Shown here: in pieces, positions 25,826 through 31,072 of the stretch
Position numbering within the stretch: the stretch's first letter is position 1
Layout: each line of letters begins with the position of its first letter
DNA from: Candidatus Aenigmatarchaeota archaeon
GTDB lineage: Archaea; Aenigmatarchaeota; Aenigmatarchaeia; QMZP01
Assembly: GCA_016202745.1 (NCBI GenBank)
Contig: JACQOB010000168.1
Span: 1 to 31,072 of the forward strand
DNA: 31,072 nt
Direction of reading: 5' to 3'
The notes under the pieces: generated by a model
The model's database searches: none
What the model saw: the letters and a program-made list of their open reading frames with translations, nothing else
Told to the model about the DNA's origin: nothing
Position numbers and translations under genes: made by a program

Positions 25826-28800
25826 AAAAGGGAATATCCAGCAGGAATGCAGCGATGGTGACGCTGGTTATGCTAGCCGTGGCAATGCCCATCCTGTTTG
25901 CAACGGCGCAGCCAACAGACCCTGACCTCATTATCGAGTCAATATTCACGGATCCCCTGGTGCTTGTTGACAGCCAGCCCGTGCTGATAACGGCTACGGT
26001 AAGCAATATTGGAGGCATAACCATAACAGACCCCGTAGACGTATTCTTCTCCATTGATGGGAATCTTTATGATATTGCCACTGATTCCAGTCCCCTGCCG
26101 CCCAACTCCAGCGTTAACCTGTCATTCACATGGTTTGCGGTTGCCGGGCAGCATACGGTGGCAGCGGAGGCTGACCCTAACCAGCTGGTGCCTGAGGACA
26201 ACGAAACAAATAATGTTCTGGTGCAGAACCTGCCGTTTGTGTCAGGCCCCGACCTTGTCGTAACAGGGGTCTTTGCTTCCCCCGAAAGGCTGAGGCCTGG
26301 CGACCCGGTTACATTCACCGCGACGCTTGCAAATCGAGGCATTACCGATATCACTGCTGACTTTTATCTAGAACTCGATGTTGATGGGACTCTACTGACG
26401 TATGATTATGTTGCTGATGACATACCTGCCAACGGGTCAGTGAATTTCACATCTCCTGTAGCATGGACCGCAACCAGCCCAGGGATTCACAATATAACCA
26501 TGGCAGGTGATGTTTTCGACTACATTGCTGAACAGGACGAGTCCAATAACCAGCACTCAAACCTCTTCAGCGTGCTTGGCCCGCCGGCTATAGCCAACAT
26601 CACGACAAATCCCGCATATCCAGGCCTGAACCAAGACGTCACTGTGATGGCCAATGTGACGGCCGAGGCAGGGGTAGCATCTGCCACGCTTTCCTATTCA
26701 TTGAACGGCTCGGCTTTCATTAATGCTACTATGGTGGAAAATGCGGGCCTTTACGAAGCCACTATTCCGGGCCAGGCTGCTACAACAAATGTTGCCTTCA
26801 TCATCTCCGCAGCGGATCTGGATGGCTTCTCGGCATCAGCCCAAAAGGCCTTTATAATGGACGGCAGCCCGCCGACCATTGCAATGGGACAAGTAAGCCC
26901 GCCGGTTCCCAATGCCACCACCGAAGTGGAAGTCAACGCAGACATCAGGGACAACGTAGGCATCGGCCACGCGGAGGTGCTGTACTCTTTAGATAACATC
27001 ACATTCAGCTCAGTGCCATTCAATGAAACAGGAATTTCCCTTATTCCCAGCGATCCCGGCATTGGGTCCGGCCCGACAACTCTCGCTTCATCGTACCTGT
27101 TTTGGGATACGCAGTCAGGCGGCTATATAAATGATGGCGGAAGCGACGCATATGACGGGATGTACTTCCTGAATTACCAGGGATCCAATTATGGCGAAAG
27201 CGCCGTCCAATGGGAAGCCAGCCAGCGGGAGATAGTGTTCAGGGCCCAGACAATAGGAGGACTGGTGTTCTCAAGGAAATTCTACGCCCCCCAGTCAGGA
27301 TACTGGGGCAGGTACATAGACACCGTCCATAACCCGGCAGCAGGCCCCGTGAATATTACGATGAGTGTGCATGGCAACCTGGGATCGGACGGCTCCACAA
27401 CGACATGGGCGACGGAGAGTTTTTGGCTTGGAACAGACGACACGAACGGCGTAGGTGATCCCTCGCTGGCCCATGTGTTCGGGAAGATTGGCGCGTCCGG
27501 AACCAATATTATCTTTACGGACAATGTAGACCTCACCTACAACCTGATTGTCCAACCCGGCGAAAACAGGTCTGTTGTAACATTCGCCGTCAAGACACCC
27601 AACCAGACGCATTCCAGGATGATAGCCGAGGAGATTGTCGCCCTCTTCGACAGCGAGTCCAGCGAGTACAATGCATTCATGACAACAGGAGAGGCTGCAA
27701 TTGTCGCAAACTGGAAGATGGCCACCACGGCAGCCGTGATACCGGCCAGCAACAGGACAGGCGATGTCTTTTATTTTGTGAATGCAACCGACCTGAGCGG
27801 TAATTCGGCTGCGTCCGCAACAGCAAGCTATTTCACCGATGGCAACCTGCCGAACATCACAAACATAACCTTCCCGCTTGCCGCCACCATCGACCAGAAC
27901 GTGACTATTTCAGCCATAGCAGCGGACGATATGGGTATTTTGGCGGTCTTCCTTAACTACTCCCTTGGTTCAGGCTACCAGCTTGCCCAGATGGCGCCGG
28001 TGGGGTCTGGCATTTATGAGGCCACCGTGGACCTGTCGCCTGCCGCCGGAAACATGACATTCTCCGTGATCGCGCTTGACACCGCGAACAACCACGGGGT
28101 TTCCAGCCAGTTCACTGTTGTGGTTTTCAAGCCGATAATACAGGTTTCCCCTTCTTCAATGAGCGTGTCAGGTGTGATAGGGGAGTTCCTTGCAAGGAAC
28201 CTGACAATTGCGAATGACGGCGACCTGAACCTCACGGCTATAATCCAAACACCGCGGTTTGCGGGCCTGCAGGGGCAGTTGACGGCGGCTTCATGCCAGG
28301 ACGAGTTCATTATCACGGGAGACGGTAACGGAAACCTCTATTACATTAGGTCAAACGGGGACGGCACGTTCGGGCCGCAGACATTCATCGGGTCCAATGA
28401 TCTCAACGTATGGGGCCTTGGCATAGCCGATTTCGACAGCGACAGCGACTGCGACTTTGTGCATGGGGGGAATTCCAATAACATCAGGCTCTACAGGCAG
28501 ATATCATCCGGAAGCTTCGGCCCGCCGGCAATCGTAGGCACGTACACGAGCTCGGGTTATTCAATGGACATTGCGGCAGCAGACTATAATAATGACGGAA
28601 ATGCAGATTTTGTCATTTCAGGAAACAACAACCTGCTGTTCCTTTTCTCGGGCAACGGCGACGGGACGTTCGTGAGGACCTCGCTTCAGAATTCCTTTGA
28701 CACGGCAAGGGGCAAGGACGCGGGTGACGTGGACAACGACGGCAACATGGATTTCGTAATAGCCACGACATCCAATAATCTCTACCTTTACAAAGGCAAC

Positions 28801-31072
28801 GGCGACGGGACGTTCCAGCCCTTCACCACGATTACTCACCCGTTCAGCAATGTGTATTCTGTGATGCTTGGCGACTTTGACGGCGACGGCAACACCGACA
28901 TATTATCTGACACCGGCGGCTCCGGCGGTCTGTATTTCCTGGGAGGCCGGGGGGACGGGACATTTGAGCCTGAAATTTTCGTGGGCGCAAACCTTAATAA
29001 TTACCAGCCCGGCGACGCCTTTGACTTCAGCGGAGACGGCAATCTTGACATTGTAATGACTGATTTCAGCAGCAGGCGCGTCTGGTATTTCCCCGGCAAC
29101 GGCGACGGGACGTTCCAGGCGGGTCAGCTAATAGGCGCGGCCGTTGGGTCAGGTGACAGGATGGGTATTGCGGGGCCGCTGGCTTCCAATGCCGTGAGGG
29201 TTGTAGTCCAGCCGCACGCCTCGGCAACCCTTGAATACGTGTTCGATTCAACTGTTCCTATTAACAAGACAGATAACATTACGATAAGGACAAACGACGG
29301 CGCAAACCCAAAGATATTTATCCCTGTTTCCCTTGAGGTTATTGACATAGTCTATCCAAGCCTGTTTAACATCACGCAGACCCCCACAGCGCCTACTGTG
29401 GATGATATTGTAACCATTACCGCGGTGGCGACCGATGATTCCGGCATTGCCTCAGTCCTAATCAACTATTCCGTGGGCGGCAGCTACGCGCTCGCCGCCA
29501 TGAACCTCACGCAGAACAGCACCTACCAGATCGATATTGACATGTCTGCAGCCACAGGCAATCTCACATACCAGATAACGGCGACAGACCTTGGCGGCAA
29601 CCAGAACATCTCTGAGGTATTCACAACAATTGTATCGGCTCCGGCCATTGCTGTCTCACCGGCTTCCCACGATTTCGGTACGCTTCTAATTGGTGATGTT
29701 GCAAGGCAAAACATCACAATAGGCAACAATGGGACTTCAGCGCTGAAGGCCACTATCACGATACCCCGCTGGCTGAAGTTCACCTCTCCAGGCACGCAGG
29801 CCGAATCCCTTTTCCTGGTTGCGGGCGACGACTCGAGCGGCCTATATACAATCAGCATATTCGGAAACAACACTTTCGGCGCAATTAACAAGTCCCTTGT
29901 CTTCGGCACCCTACACAGGGGTGTTGGGAATGCGGATTTCGACCTTGACGGCGACCAGGACTTTGTCACTGGAAATCCAAGCAATAATCACATGTATTTC
30001 GCCGAGAACAGGGGTGGAATGAATTTTGCCGCGCCCAGGCAGGCCGGCACTCCCATATCATTGAGCTCATACGTGATGGATATAGCCACAGGGGATTTCA
30101 ATAATGACAAATTCCCCGACTTTGTGGTTTCGGGAAATAATGATGATCTCCACCTGTTCTTAGGATACGGCAATGGCAGCTTCAACGCAACAACCATAAC
30201 TTTCAATGCTCCAGGCAGCAGCGGAAGGGGCAAGGACGCTGCCGACCTGAACGGGGATAGCTACCTGGACTTCGTATACGGAGAATGCTGCACCGGCACT
30301 GTATATGCCTACCTGGGCAATGGCATGGGCGGGTTCGCGGAAACCTTCCTGTTTGACACCTCCGGAAACAGCGACGACCCTTACGGCATCGCAGCGGCGG
30401 ACTTTGATGGCGACGGCATTGCCGACATAATAGCCCAGGGAGGGAGCGACGGCGAGTTCAGGCTTTACAAAGGGCTTGGTGACGGAAGGGCATTTGCCGA
30501 CATGGGCCCCGTGTTCGACACCGATAATCCCGGCGGCGCGGACAACTTTGACTTTGATTCGGACGGCGACCAGGACATTGCAGTAATGACCGGCGGAACC
30601 AGGGATGTCAGGTATTACAGGAACAATGGCACAGGATCATTTGCGTTTGACAGGAGCCTCGGATTAACCACAACAACGTCATTCGGCATTGCGGCGCCGG
30701 AAATATCCGATGCAATGCGGGTGAACGTGCCTGCTGGCCAGTCTTTGCAGATAGAAGTGCAGGCTGACACTTCACTTGCCTTGGCCGAAAACAGGACAAT
30801 AACCATAAGATCGAACGACCCCCTTGCACACGAAACAGCAATCCCGGTTTCAGTTGACATACATGATACAATGCCTCCCGCATTCACTTCAATTGAAACC
30901 ATACCACAGGTCCTGACCGTGGATTACACGGCTGAGATCCGGGCTGTGGTCACAGACAACTCAAGAATACGAAATGTCACAATAAACTTTTCAGTTGGCG
31001 GCAGCCCGTTCTCCGTCCGGAATATGACTCTGACAAGTCCGGGCACCTATTCGCTGTTCACAAGCCTCAGGA
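25822..31072 (+). CDS. 3'-truncated giant secreted adhesin-like protein (at least 1750 aa): signal peptide, 2 CARDB, Ig-like repeats, an unnamed inserted ~230-aa domain, two FG-GAP/VCBS-like beta-propellers each nested in an Ig fold
   Basis: ATG 25822 overlaps the ORF4 stop (ATGA). I translated the frame to base 31071 and found no stop: MKKGISSRNAAMVTLVMLAVAMPILFATAQPTDPDLII...DPNQLVPEDNETNN; PDLVV...EQDESNN; GIADFDSDSDCD, DYNNDGNAD, GNGDGTF and similar. It is missing from the track because its stop lies outside the window. Confidence 0.92.
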   Translation, partial: MKKGISSRNAAMVTLVMLAVAMPILFATAQPTDPDLIIESIFTDPLVLVDSQPVLITATVSNIGGITITDPVDVFFSIDGNLYDIATDSSPLPPNSSVNLSFTWFAVAGQHTVAAEADPNQLVPEDNETNNVLVQNLPFVSGPDLVVTGVFASPERLRPGDPVTFTATLANRGITDITADFYLELDVDGTLLTYDYVADDIPANGSVNFTSPVAWTATSPGIHNITMAGDVFDYIAEQDESNNQHSNLFSVLGPPAIANITTNPAYPGLNQDVTVMANVTAEAGVASATLSYSLNGSAFINATMVENAGLYEATIPGQAATTNVAFIISAADLDGFSASAQKAFIMDGSPPTIAMGQVSPPVPNATTEVEVNADIRDNVGIGHAEVLYSLDNITFSSVPFNETGISLIPSDPGIGSGPTTLASSYLFWDTQSGGYINDGGSDAYDGMYFLNYQGSNYGESAVQWEASQREIVFRAQTIGGLVFSRKFYAPQSGYWGRYIDTVHNPAAGPVNITMSVHGNLGSDGSTTTWATESFWLGTDDTNGVGDPSLAHVFGKIGASGTNIIFTDNVDLTYNLIVQPGENRSVVTFAVKTPNQTHSRMIAEEIVALFDSESSEYNAFMTTGEAAIVANWKMATTAAVIPASNRTGDVFYFVNATDLSGNSAASATASYFTDGNLPNITNITFPLAATIDQNVTISAIAADDMGILAVFLNYSLGSGYQLAQMAPVGSGIYEATVDLSPAAGNMTFSVIALDTANNHGVSSQFTVVVFKPIIQVSPSSMSVSGVIGEFLARNLTIANDGDLNLTAIIQTPRFAGLQGQLTAASCQDEFIITGDGNGNLYYIRSNGDGTFGPQTFIGSNDLNVWGLGIADFDSDSDCDFVHGGNSNNIRLYRQISSGSFGPPAIVGTYTSSGYSMDIAAADYNNDGNADFVISGNNNLLFLFSGNGDGTFVRTSLQNSFDTARGKDAGDVDNDGNMDFVIATTSNNLYLYKGNGDGTFQPFTTITHPFSNVYSVMLGDFDGDGNTDILSDTGGSGGLYFLGGRGDGTFEPEIFVGANLNNYQPGDAFDFSGDGNLDIVMTDFSSRRVWYFPGNGDGTFQAGQLIGAAVGSGDRMGIAGPLASNAVRVVVQPHASATLEYVFDSTVPINKTDNITIRTNDGANPKIFIPVSLEVIDIVYPSLFNITQTPTAPTVDDIVTITAVATDDSGIASVLINYSVGGSYALAAMNLTQNSTYQIDIDMSAATGNLTYQITATDLGGNQNISEVFTTIVSAPAIAVSPASHDFGTLLIGDVARQNITIGNNGTSALKATITIPRWLKFTSPGTQAESLFLVAGDDSSGLYTISIFGNNTFGAINKSLVFGTLHRGVGNADFDLDGDQDFVTGNPSNNHMYFAENRGGMNFAAPRQAGTPISLSSYVMDIATGDFNNDKFPDFVVSGNNDDLHLFLGYGNGSFNATTITFNAPGSSGRGKDAADLNGDSYLDFVYGECCTGTVYAYLGNGMGGFAETFLFDTSGNSDDPYGIAAADFDGDGIADIIAQGGSDGEFRLYKGLGDGRAFADMGPVFDTDNPGGADNFDFDSDGDQDIAVMTGGTRDVRYYRNNGTGSFAFDRSLGLTTTTSFGIAAPEISDAMRVNVPAGQSLQIEVQADTSLALAENRTITIRSNDPLAHETAIPVSVDIHDTMPPAFTSIETIPQVLTVDYTAEIRAVVTDNSRIRNVTINFSVGGSPFSVRNMTLTSPGTYSLFTSLR
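27838..31072 (+). repeat. Tandem ~500-aa module in ORF5 (Ig spacer + split Ig + six-blade FG-GAP propeller): two full copies and the start of a third
   Basis: Unit starts at 27838 (DGNLPNIT), 29344 (DIVYPSLF) and 30865 (DTMPPAFT), periods 1506 and 1521 nt. Shared motifs include VSP, MDIA..D.NND, RGKDA.D, TIR(T/S)ND and IPVS. Confidence 0.85.
28651..29115 (+). repeat. Three exact 21-bp copies of GGCAACGGCGACGGGACGTTC (encodes GNGDGTF) at 28651, 28795 and 29095
   Basis: Read directly from the sequence. All are in frame within FG-GAP blades, with spacings of 144 and 300 nt. Confidence 0.9.

Noticed and set aside
28651-29115. 21-bp direct repeats as a CRISPR array
   Set aside because: They are in-frame coding repeats with irregular 144 and 300 nt spacing, no leader and no cas genes.
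392-30902. Numerous 60-236 aa minus-strand and alternate-frame ORFs (for example 2708-3355, 11493-12203, 20731-21303, 29523-29984)
   Set aside because: They lie within the giant + strand genes, have no recognisable motifs, and are the expected antisense shadows of biased codon usage.

Overview
The window is almost entirely coding and all on the + strand. It holds four giant secreted or surface multidomain proteins and one small membrane-anchored chaperone-like gene: ORF1 (5'-truncated, S8 protease plus beta-helices), ORF2 (3359 aa), ORF3 (SurA-N/PrsA-like, no PPIase domain), ORF4 (3583 aa) and ORF5 (25822 to the window end, at least 1750 aa, absent from the supplied ORF track). TATA-like intergenic elements, very dense N-x-S/T sequons, AGG/ATA codon use and Cys-capped NosD/CASH beta-helices suggest an archaeon, plausibly DPANN-type (inference; there are no marker genes here). 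The main signal is in ORF2. An intact, low-GC NlpC/P60 cysteine peptidase (a family typically acting on peptidoglycan) sits within a ~595-aa insertion in an apparently dead lipase-fold domain. Similar nested insertion recurs across the cluster: discoidin in TSP3 repeats, FG-GAP propellers in Ig folds, and an unnamed domain in an Ig repeat. ORF1 and ORF2 share a C-terminal motif, and the two intergenic spacers share a promoter-like motif. Together this looks like a modular host-attachment and envelope-degradation apparatus. All domain calls come from reading motifs by eye; no searches were run. No rRNA, tRNA, CRISPR or mobile element was seen.
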